DNA of 64,000 nt from Auanema rhodensis. Its lineage: Eukaryota > Animalia > Nematoda. Position numbers and translations under genes: made by a program. Position 1 is the first letter of the stretch; each line of letters starts with the position of its first letter. The notes beneath the pieces were generated by a model. It did not search any database and was not told where the DNA came from. It was given only the letters and a program-made list of their open reading frames with translations. The stretch covers positions 4,154,001-4,218,000 of the forward strand of contig OZ059896.1 of assembly GCA_964057225.1 (NCBI GenBank), given 5' to 3'. This document shows, in pieces, positions 52,211 through 64,000 of this stretch.

Positions 52211-55200
52211 CATCTCTTTATCTTTCACGTGAGGCGAGTTACATACCAAGTGCACATCACGTGTACATTTAATTAGCATAAGTTAAAGTTCACGTAAATT
52301 TCAAAGTCATGGTTACCATGCACCAATATCAATAAAAATTTGTTTTTAGACTAATATGGACATGGGGAATCTAATTTTGAAAACCGCATCTCTTTATCTT
52401 TCACGTGAAGCGAGTTACATACCAAGTGCACATCACGTGTACATTTAATTAGCATAAATTAAAGTTCACGTAAATTTCAAACTCATGGTTACCATGAACC
52501 AATATCAATAAAAATTTGTTTTTAGACTAATATGGACATGGAGAATCTAATTATGAAAACCGCATCTCTTTATCTTTCACGTGAAGCGAGTTACATACCA
52601 AGTGCACATCACGTGTACATTTAATTAGCATAAATTAAAGTTCACGTAAATTTCAAAGTCATGGTTACCATGCACCAATATCAATAAAATTTTGTTTTTA
52701 GACTAATATGGATATGGGGAATCTAATTTTGAAAACCGCATCTCTTTATTTTTCACGTGAAGCGAGTTACATACCAAGTGCACATCACGTGTACATTTAA
52801 TTAGCATAAATTAAAGTTCACGTAAATTTCAAACTCATGGTTACCATGCACCAATATCAATAAAAATTTGTTTTTAGACTAATATGGACATGAGGAATCT
52901 AATTTTGAAAACCGCATCTCTTTATCTTCCACGTGAAGCGAGTTACATACCAAGTGCACATCACGTGTACATTTAATTAGCATAAATTAAAGTTCACGTA
53001 ATTTTCAAAGTCATGGTTACCATGAACCAATATCAATAAAAATTTGTTTTTAGACTAATATGGACATGGGGAATCTAATTTTGAAAACCGCATCTCTTTA
53101 TCTTCCACGTGAAGCGAGTTACATACCAAGTGCACATCACGTGTACATTTAATTAGCATAAATTAAAGTTCACGTAATTTTCAAAGTCATGGTTACCATG
53201 AACCAATATCAATAAAAATTTGTTTTTAGACTAATATGGACATGGAGAATCTAATTATGAAAACCGCATCTCTTTATCTTTCACGTGAAGCGAGTTACAT
53301 ACCAAGTGCACATCACGTGTACATTTAATTAGCATAAATTAAAGTTCACGTAAATTTCAAACTCATGGTTACCATGCACCAATATCAATAAAAATTTGTT
53401 TTTAGACTAATATGGACATGGAGAATCTAATTTTGAAAACCGCATCTCTTTATCTTTCACGTGAAGCGAGTTACATACCAAGTGCACATCACGTGTACAT
53501 TTAATTAGCATAAATTAAAGTTCACGTAAATTTCAAACTCATGGTTACCATGCACCAATATCAATAAAAATTTGTTTTTAGACTAATATGGACATGGAGA
53601 ATCTATTTTTAAAAACCGCATCTCTTTATCTTTCACGTGAAGCGAGTTACATACCAAGTGCACATCACGTGTACATTTAATTAGCATAAATTAAAGTTCA
53701 CGTAAATTTCAAACTCATGGTTACCATGCACCAATATCAATAAAAATTTGTTTTTAGACTAATATGGACATGGAGAATCTAATTTTGAAAACCGCATCTC
53801 TTTATCTTTCACGTGAAGCGAGTTACATACCAAGTGCACATCACGTGTACATTTAATTAGCATAAATTAAAGTTCACGTAAATTTCAAAGTCATGGTTAC
53901 CATGCACCAATATCAATAAAATTTTGTTTTTAGACTAATATGGACATGGGGAATCTAATTTTGAAAACCGCATCTCTTTATCTTTCACGTGAAGCGAGTT
54001 ACATACCAAGTGCACATCACGTGTACATTTAATTAGCATAAATTAAAGTTCACGTAAATTTCAAAATCATGGTTACCATGCACCAATATCAATAAAATTT
54101 TGTTTTTAGACTAATATGGACATGGGGAATCTAATTTTGAAAACCGCATCTCTTTATCTTTCACGTGAAGCGAGTTACATACCAAGTGCACATCACGTGT
54201 ACATTTAATTAGCATAAATTAAAGTTCACGTAAATTTCAAACTCATGGTTACCATGCACCAATATCAATAAAAATTTGTTTTTAGACTAATATGGACATG
54301 GAGAATCTAATTTTGAAAACCGCATCTCTTTATCTTTCACGTGAAGCGAGTTACATACCAAGTGCACATCACGTGTACATTTAATTAGCATAAATTAAAG
54401 TTCACGTAAATTTCAAACTCATGGTTACCATGCACCAATATCAATAAAAATTTGTTTTTAGACTAATATGGACATGGAGAATCTATTTTTAAAAACCGCA
54501 TCTCTTTATCTTTCACGTGAAGCGAGTTACATACCAAGTGCACATCACGTGTACATTTAATTAGCATAAATTAAAGTTCACGTAAATTTCAAACTCATGG
54601 TTACCATGCACCAATATCAATAAAAATTTGTTTTTAGACTAATATGGACATGGAAAATCTAATTTTGAAAACCGCATCTCTTTATCTTTCACGTGAAGCG
54701 AGTTACATACCAAGTGCACATCACGTGTACATTTAATTAGCATAAATTAAAGTTCACGTAAATTTCAAAGTCATGGTTACCATGCACCAATATCAATAAA
54801 ATTTTGTTTTTAGACTAATATGGACATGGGGAATCTAATTTTGAAAACCGCATCTCTTTATCTTTCACGTGAAGCGAGTTACATACCAAGTGCACATCAC
54901 GTGTACATTTAATTAGCATAAATTAAAGTTCACGTAAATTTCAAACTCATGGTTACCATGCACCAATATCAATAAAAATTTGTTTTTAGACTAATATGGA
55001 CATGGGGAATCTATATTTGAAAAACGCATCTCTTTATCGTTCACGTGAAGCGAGTTACATACCAAGTGCACATCACGTGTACATTTAATTAGCATAAATC
55101 AAAGTTCACGTAAATTTCAAAGTCATGGTTACCATGCACCAATATCAATAAAAATTTGTTTTTAGACTAATATGAACATGGGGAATCTAATTTTGAAAAC

Positions 55201-57567
55201 CGCATCTCTTTATCTTTCACGTGAAGCGAGTTACATACCAAGTGCACATCACGTGTACATTTAATTAGCATAAATTAAAGTTCACGTAAATTTCAAAGTC
55301 ATGGTTACCATGCACCAATATCAATAAAAATTTGTTTTTAGACTAATATGGACATGGGGAATCTAATTTTGAAAACCGCATCTCTTTATCTTTCACGTGA
55401 AGCGAGTTACATACCAAGTGCACATCACGTGTACATTTAATTAGCATAAATTAAAGTTCACTTAAATTTGAAAGTCATGGTTACCATGCACCAATATCAA
55501 TAAAATTTTGTTTTTAGACTAATATGGACATGGGGAATCTAATTTTGAAAACCGCATCTCTTTATCTTTCACGTGAAGCGAGTTACATACCAAGTGCACA
55601 TCCCGTGTACATTTAATTAGCATAAATTAAAGTTCACGTAAATTTCAAACTCATGGTTACCATGCACCAATATCAATAAAAATTTGTTTTTAGACTAATA
55701 TGGACATGGGGAATCTATATTTGAAAAACGCATCTCTTTATCTTTCACGTGAAGCGAGTTACATACCAAGTGCACATCACGTGTACATTTAATTAGCATA
55801 AATCAAAGTTCACGTAAATTTCAAAGTCATGGTTACCATGCACCAATATCAATAAAATTTTGTTTTTAGACTAATATGGACATGGGGAATCTAATTTTGA
55901 AAACCGCATCTCTTTATTTTTCACGTGAAGCGAGTTACATACCAAGTGCACATCACGTGTACATTTAATTAGCATAAATTAAAGTTCACGTAAATTTCAA
56001 ACTCATGGTTACCATGCACCAATATCAATAAAAATTTGTTTTTAGACTAATATGTACATGGAGAATCTAATTTTAAAAACCGCATCTCTTTATCTTTCAC
56101 GTGAAGCGAGTTACATACCAAGTGCACATCACGTGTACATTTAATTAGCATAAATTAAAGTTCACGTAAATTTCAAAGTCATGGTTACCATGCACCAATA
56201 TCAATAAAATTTTGTTTTTAGACTAATATGGACATGGGGAATCTAATTTTGAAAACCGCATCTCTTTATCTTTCATGTGAAGCGAGTTACATACCAAGTG
56301 CACATCACGTGTACATTTAATTAGCATAAATTAAAGTTCACGTAAATTTCAAACTCATGGTTACCATGCACCAATATCAATAAAAACTTGTTTTTAGACT
56401 AATATGGACATGGAGAATCTAATTTTGAAAACCGCATCTCTTTATCTTTCACGTGAAGCGAGTTACATACCAAGTGCACATCACGTGTACATTTAATTAG
56501 CATAAATTAAAGTTCACGTAAATTTCAAACTCATGGTTACCATGCACCAATATCAATAAAAATTTGTTTTTAGAGTAATATGGACATGGAGAATCTATTT
56601 TTAAAAACCGCATCTCTTTATCTTTCACGTGAAGCGAGTTACATACCAAGTGCACATCACGTGTACATTTAATTAGCATAAATTAAAGTTCACGTAAATT
56701 TCAAACTCATGGTTACCATGCACCAATATCAATAAAATTTTGTTTTTAGACTAATATGGACATGGGGAATCTAATTTTGAAAACCGCATCTCTTTATCTT
56801 TCACGTGAAGCGAGTTACATACCAAGTGCACATCCCGTGTACATTTAATTAGCATAAATTAAAGTTCACGTAAATTTCAAACTCATGGTTACCATGCACC
56901 AATATCAATAAAAATTTGTTTTTAGATTAATATGGACATGGGGAATCTATATTTGAAAAACGCATCTCTTTATCTTTCACGTGAAGCGAGTTACATACCA
57001 AGTGCACATCACGTGTACATTTAATTAGCATAAATCAAAGTTCACGTAAATTTCAAAGTCATGGTTACCATGCACCAATATCAATAAAATTTTGTTTTTA
57101 GACTAATATGGACATGGGGAATCTAATTATGAAAACCGCATCTCTTTATCTTTCACGTGAAGCGAGTTACATACCAAGTGCACATCACGTGTACATTTAA
57201 TTAGCATAAATTAAAGTTCACGTAAATTTCAAAGTCATGGTTACCATGCACCAATATCAATAAAATTTGTTTTTAGACTAATATGGACATGGGGAATCTA
57301 ATTTTGAAAACCGCATCTCTTTATTTTTCACGTGAAGCGAGTTACATACCAAGTGCACATCACGTGTACATTTAATTAGCATAAATTAAAGTTCACGTAA
57401 ATTTCAAACTCATGGTTACCATGCACCAATATCAATAAAAATTTGTTTTTAGACTAATATGGACATGGAGAATCTAATTTTAAAAACCGCATCTCTTTAT
57501 CTTTCACGTGAAGCGAGTTACATACCAAGTGCACATCACGTGTACATTTAATTAGCATAAATTAAAG

Positions 57568-60383
57568 TTCACGTAAATTTCAAAGTCATGGTTACCATGC
57601 ACCAATATCAATAAAAATTTGTTTTTAGACTAATATGGACATGGAGAATCTAATTTTGAAAACCGCATCTCTTTATCTTTCACGTGAAGCGAGTTACATA
57701 CCAAGTGCACATCACGTGTACATTTAATTAGCATAAATTAAAGTTCACGTAAATTTCAAACTCATGGTTACCACGCACCAATATCAATAAAAATTTGTTT
57801 TTAGAGTAATATGGACATGGAGAATCTATTTTTAAAAACCGCATCTCTTTATCTTTCACGTGAAGCGAGTTACATACCAAGTGCACATCACGTGTACATT
57901 TAATTAGCATAAATTAAAGTTCACGTAAATTTCAAACTCATGGTTACCATGCACCAATATCAATAAAATTTTGTTTTTAGACTAATATGGACATGGGGAA
58001 TCTAATTTTGAAAACCGCATCTCTTTATCTTTCACGTGAAGCGAGTTACATACCAAGTGCACATCCCGTGTACATTTAATTAGCATAAATTAAAGTTCAC
58101 GTAAATTTCAAACTCATGGTTACCATGCACCAATATCAATAAAAATTTGTTTTTAGACTAATATGGACATGGGGAATCTATATTTGAAAAACGCATCTCT
58201 TTATCTTTCACGTGAAGCGAGTTACATACCAAGTGCACATCACGTGTACATTTAATTAGCATAAATCAAAGTTCACGTAAATTTCAAAGTCATGGTTACC
58301 ATGCACCAATATCAATAAAATTTTGTTTTTAGACTAATATGGACATGGGGAATCTAATTTTGAAAACCGCATCTCTTTATCTTTCACGTGAAGCGAGTTA
58401 CATACCAAGTGCACATCCCGTGTACATTTAATTAGCATAAATTAAAGTTCACGTAAATTTCAAACTCATGGTTACCATGCACCAATATCAATAAAAATTT
58501 GTTTTTAGACTAATATGGACATGGGGAATCTATATTTGAAAAACGCATCTCTTTATCTTTCACGTGAAGCGAGTTACATACCAAGTGCACATCACGTGTA
58601 CATTTAATTAGCATAAATCAAAGTTCACGTAAATTTCAAAGTCATGGTTACCATGCACCAATATCAATAAAATTTTGTTTTTAGACTAATATGGACATGG
58701 GGAATCTAATTTTGAAAACCGCATCTCTTTATCTTTCACGTGAAGCGAGTTACATACCAAGTGCACATCCCGTGTACATTTAATTAGCATAAATTAAAGT
58801 TCACGTAAATTTCAAACTCATGGTTACCATGCACCAATATCAATAAAAATTTGTTTTTAGACTAATATGGACATGGGGAATCTATATTTGAAAAACGCAT
58901 CTCTTTATCTTTCACGTGAAGCGAGTTACATACCAAGTGCACATCACGTGTACATTTAATTAGCATAAATTAAAGTTCACGTAAATTTCAAAGTCATGGT
59001 TACCATGCACCAATATCAATAAAAATTTGTTTTTAGACTAATATGGACATGGAGAATCTAATTTTGAAAACCGCATCTCTTTATCTTTCACGTGAAGCGA
59101 GTTACATACCAAGTGCACATCACGTGTACATTTAATTAGCATAAATTAAAGTTCACGTAAATTTCAAACTCATGGTTACCACGCACCAATATCAATAAAA
59201 ATTTGTTTTTAGAGTAATATGGACATGGAGAATCTATTTTTAAAAACCGCATCTCTTTATCTTTCACGTGAAGCGAGTTACATACCAAGTGCACATCACG
59301 TGTACATTTAATTAGCATAAATTAAAGTTCACGTAAATTTCAAACTCATGGTTACCATGCACCAATATCAATAAAATTTTGTTTTTAGACTAATATGGAC
59401 ATGGGGAATCTAATTTTGAAAACCGCATCTCTTTATCTTTCACGTGAAGCGAGTTACATACCAAGTGCACATCCCGTGTACATTTAATTAGCATAAATTA
59501 AAGTTCACGTAAATTTCAAACTCATGGTTACCATGCACCAATATCAATAAAAATTTGTTTTTAGACTAATATGGACATGGGGAATCTATATTTGAAAAAC
59601 GCATCTCTTTATCTTTCACGTGAAGCGAGTTACATACCAAGTGCACATCACGTGTACATTTAATTAGCATAAATCAAAGTTCACGTAAATTTCAAAGTCA
59701 TGGTTACCATGCACCAATATCAATAAAATTTTGTTTTTAGACTAATATGGACATGGGGAATCTAATTTTGAAAACCGCATCTCTTTATCTTTCACGTGAA
59801 GCGAGTTACATACCAAGTGCACATCCCGTGTACATTTAATTAGCATAAATTAAAGTTCACGTAAATTTCAAACTCATGGTTACCATGCACCAATATCAAT
59901 AAAAATTTGTTTTTAGACTAATATGGACATGGGGAATCTATATTTGAAAAACGCATCTCTTTATCTTTCACGTGAAGCGAGTTACATACCAAGTGCACAT
60001 CACGTGTACATTTAATTAGCATAAATCAAAGTTCACGTAAATTTCAAAGTCATGGTTACCATGCACCAATATCAATAAAATTTTGTTTTTAGACTAATAT
60101 GGACATGGGGAATCTAATTTTGAAAACCGCATCTCTTTATCTTTCACGTGAAGCGAGTTACATACCAAGTGCACATCCCGTGTACATTTAATTAGCATAA
60201 ATTAAAGTTCACGTAAATTTCAAACTCATGGTTACCATGCACCAATATCAATAAAAATTTGTTTTTAGACTAATATGGACATGGGGAATCTATATTTGAA
60301 AAACGCATCTCTTTATCTTTCACGTGAAGCGAGTTACATACCAAGTGCACATCACGTGTACATTTAATTAGCATAAATCAAAG
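57568..60383. repeat. Tandem 8-monomer (1408-bp) unit in array B, each copy containing three 352-bp dimers
   Basis: CCACGCACC with GAGTAAT marks monomers 57744 and 59152. CATCCCGTG monomers alternate with TCTATATTTGAAAAACG monomers at 57920-58975 and 59328-60383. Confidence 0.9.
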
Positions 60384-61791
60384 TTCACGTAAATTTCAAA
60401 GTCATGGTTACCATGCACCAATATCAATAAAATTTTGTTTTTAGACTAATATGGACATGGGGAATCTAATTATGAAAACCGCATCTCTTTATCTTTCACG
60501 TGAAGCGAGTTACATACCAAGTGCACATCACGTGTACATTTAATTAGCATAAATTAAAGTTCACGTAAATTTCAAAGTCATGGTTACCATGCACCAATAT
60601 CAATAAAATTTTGTTTTTAGACTAATATGGACATGGGGAATCTAATTTTGAAAACCGCATCTTTTTATTTTTCACGTGAAGCGAGTTACATACCAAGTGC
60701 ACATCACGTGTACATTTAATTAGCATAAATTAAAGTTCACGTGAATTTCAAACTCATGGTTACCATGCACCAATATCAATAAAAATTTGTTTTTAGACTA
60801 ATATGGACATGGAGAATCTAATTTTAAAAACCGCATCTCTTTATCTTTCACGTGAAGCGAGTTACATACCAAGTGCACATCACGTGTACATTTAATTAGC
60901 ATAAATTAAAGTTCACGTAAATTTCAAAGTCATTGTTACCATGCACCAATATCAATAAAATTTTGTTTTTAGACTAATATGGACATGGGGAATCTAATTT
61001 TGAAAACCGCATCTCTTTATCTTTCACGTGAAGCGAGTTACATACCAAGTGCACATCACGTGTACATTTAATTAGCATAAATTAAAGTTCACGTAAATTT
61101 CAAACTCATGGTTACCATGCACCAATATCAATAAAAATTTGTTTTTAGACTAATATGGACATGGAGAATCTAATTTTGAAAACCGCATCTCTTTATCTTT
61201 CACGTGAAGCGAGTTACATACCAAGTGCACATCACGTGTACATTTAATTAGCATAAATTAAAGTTCACGTAAATTTCAAACTCATGGTTACCATGCACCA
61301 ATATCAATAAAAATTTGTTTTTAGACTAATATGGACATGGAGAATCTATTTTTAAAAACCGCATCTCTTTATCTTTCACGTGAAGCGAGTTACATACCAA
61401 GTGCACATCACGTGTACATTTAATTAGCATAAATTAAAGTTCACGTAAATTTCAAACTCATGGTTACCATGCACCAATATCAATAGAAATTTGTTTTTAG
61501 ACTAATATGGACATGGAGAATCTAATTTTGAAAACCGCATCTCTTTATCTTTCACGTGAAGCGAGTTACATACCAAGTGCACATCACGTGTACATTTAAT
61601 TAGCATAAATTAAAGTTCACGTAAATTTCAAAGTCATGGTTACCATGCACCAATATCAATAATATTTTGTTTTTAGACTAATATGGACATTAGGAATCTA
61701 ATTTTGAAAACCGCATCTCTTTATCTTTCACGTGAAGCGAGTTACATACCAAGTGCACATCACGTGTACATTTAATTAGCATAAATTAAAG

Positions 61792-63197
61792 TTCACGTAA
61801 ATTTCAAACTCATGGTTACCATGCACCAATATCAATAAAAATTTGTTTTTAGACTAATATGGACATGGAGAATCTAATTTTGAAAACCGCATCTCTTTAT
61901 CTTTCACGTGAAGCGAGTTACATACCAAGTGCACATCACGTGTACATTTAATTAGCATAAATTAAAGTTCACGTAAATTTCAAACTCATGGTTACCATGC
62001 ACCAATATCAATAAAAATTTGTTTTTAGACTAATATGGACATGGAGAATCTATTTTTAAAAACCGCATCTCTTTATCTTTCACGTGAAGCGAGTTACATA
62101 CCAAGTGCACATCACGTGTACATTTAATTAGCATAAATTAAAGTTCACGTAAATTTCAAACTCATGGTTACCATGCACCAATATCAATAAAAATTTGTTT
62201 TTAGACTAATATGGACATGGAGAATCTAATTTTGAAAACCGCATCTCTTTATCTTTCACGTGAAGCGAGTTACATACCAAGTGCACATCACGTGTACTTT
62301 TAATTAGCATAAATTAAAGTTCACGTAAATTTCAAACTCATGGTTACCATGCACCAATATCAATAAAAATTTGTTTTTAGACTAATATGGACATGGGGAA
62401 TCTAATTTTGAAAACCGCATCTCTTATCTTCCACGTGAAGCGAGTTACATACCAAGTGCACATCACGTGTACATTTAATTAGCATAAATTAAAGTTCACG
62501 TAAATTTCAAAGTCATGGTTACCATGCACCAATATCAATAAAAATTTGTTTTTAGACTAATATGGACATGGAGAATCTAATTTTGAAAACCGCATCTCTT
62601 TATCTTTCACGTGAAGCGAGTTACATACCAAGTGCACATCACGTGTACATTTAATTAGCATAAATTAAAGTTCACGTAAATTTCAAACTCATGGTTACCA
62701 TGCACCAATATCAATAAAAATTTGTTTTTAGACTAATATGGACATGGAGAATCTATTTTTAAAAACCGCATCTCTTTATCTTTCACGTGAAGCGAGTTAC
62801 ATACCAAGTGCACATCACGTGTACATTTAATTAGCATAAATTAAAGTTCACGTAAATTTCAAACTCATGGTTACCATGCACCAATATCAATAAAAATTTG
62901 TTTTTAGACTAATATGGACATGGAGAATCTAATTTTGAAAACCGCATCTCTTTATCTTTCACGTGAAGCGAGTTACATACCAAGTGCACATCACGTGTAC
63001 TTTTAATTAGCATAAATTAAAGTTCACGTAAATTTCAAACTCATGGTTACCATGCACCAATATCAATAAAAATTTGTTTTTAGACTAATATGGACATGGG
63101 GAATCTAATTTTGGAAACCGCATCTCTTATCTTCCACGTGAAGCGAGTTACATACCAAGTGCACATCACGTGTACATTTAATTAGCATAAATTAAAG
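61792..63197. repeat. Tandem duplication of a 4-monomer (703-bp) unit in array B
   Basis: GTACTTTT (monomers 62144/62847) and the 1-bp deletion CTCTTATCTTCC (62320/63023) recur 703 bp apart. Confidence 0.85.
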
Positions 63198-64000
63198 TTC
63201 ACGTAATTTTCAAAGTCATGGTTACCATGAACCAATATCAATGAATATTTGTTTTTAGACTAATATGGACATGGGGAATCTAATTTTGAAAACCGCATCT
63301 ATTTATCTTTCACGCGAAGCGAGTTACATACCAAGTGCACATCACGTGTACATTTAATTAGCATAAAGTAAAGTTCACGTAAATTTCAAACTCATGGTTA
63401 CCATGCACCAATATCAATAAAAATTTGTTTTTAGACTAATATGGACATGGAGAATCTAATTTTGAAAACCGCATCTCTTTATCTTTCACGTGAAGCGAGT
63501 TACATACCAAGTGCACATCACGTGTACATTTAATTAGCATAAATTAAAGTTCACGTAAATTTCAAACTCATGGTTACCATGCACCAATATCAATAAAAAT
63601 TTGTTCTTAGACTAATATGGACATGGGGAATCTAATTTTGAAAACCGCATCTCTTTATCTTTCACGTGAAGCGAGTTACATACCAAGTGCACATCACGTG
63701 TACATTTAATTAGCATAAATTAAAGTTCACGTAATTTTCAAAGTCATGGTTACCATGAACCAATATCAATGAATATTTGTTTTTAGACTAATATGGACAT
63801 GGGGAATCTAATTTTGAAAACCGCATCTCTTTATCTTTCACGCGAAGCGAGTTACATACCAAGTGCACATCACGTGTACATTTAATTAGCATAAAGTAAA
63901 GTTCACGTAAATTTCAAACTCATGGTTACCATGCACCAATATCAATAAAAATTTGTTTTTAGACTAATATGGACATGGGGAATCTAATTTTGAAAAACGC

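Larger units (their letters stand above)
30113..64000. repeat. Satellite array B: 176-bp monomer, 192 full copies plus a 99-bp partial copy, presumably continuing right of the window
   Basis: TTCACGTAAATTTCAAAGTCATGGTTACCATG... recurs at 30113, 30289 and onward in exact 176-bp register to 57217, then at 57392 ... 63902 after three 1-bp deletions. Single orientation. Confidence 0.99.

Noticed and set aside
37665-59318. Seven 60-aa minus-strand ORFs (MLIKCTRDVH...)
   Set aside because: Each is one B monomer in which the consensus TAG stop (GACTAATA on +) is mutated to GACTGATA, GACTCATA or GAGTAATA. The great majority of monomers keep the stop, 176 is not a multiple of 3, and no domain is recognisable. 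Multiple copies come from block duplications (offsets 4400, 1408).
1-64000. CRISPR-like array
   Set aside because: Whole monomers repeat. There are no unique spacers, leader or cas genes.
1-64000. Tandem 5S rRNA, tRNA or snRNA gene cluster, or telomeric repeat
   Set aside because: I found no recognisable 5S, tRNA cloverleaf or snRNA sequence and no short telomeric repeat in either monomer.
1-64000. Assignment to a named satellite family or species
   Set aside because: Unit lengths resemble various invertebrate and plant satellites, but length is not diagnostic and I do not recognise the sequences. A database search is needed.

Overview
This window has no credible gene. It consists of two AT-rich, head-to-tail satellite DNA arrays that abut with no spacer. 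Array A (1-30112) is a 351-bp monomer present as 85 full copies plus a 287-bp partial copy. Array B (30113-64000) is a 176-bp monomer present as 192 full copies plus a 99-bp partial copy. The layout is typical of eukaryotic centromeric, pericentromeric or other heterochromatic satellite (inference). I do not recognise the families or the organism. Both arrays show nested, irregular higher-order duplications that can be traced with diagnostic variants. The most interesting signals are: (i) the base-sharp A/B junction; (ii) the 2:1 monomer lengths (351 vs 176) with strong length conservation and a locally emerging 352-bp dimer in B; (iii) a monomer A packed with inverted repeats, including a ~67-bp imperfect hairpin with an apparent compensatory pair near the array edge; (iv) a monomer B carrying three TCACGT motifs 32-33 bp apart, two of them full CACGTG E-boxes; (v) relic variants at the junction that suggest layered expansion. 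The seven 60-aa ORFs are artefacts of monomer B. All counts and alignments were done by eye. I found no evidence for a new protein-coding system.
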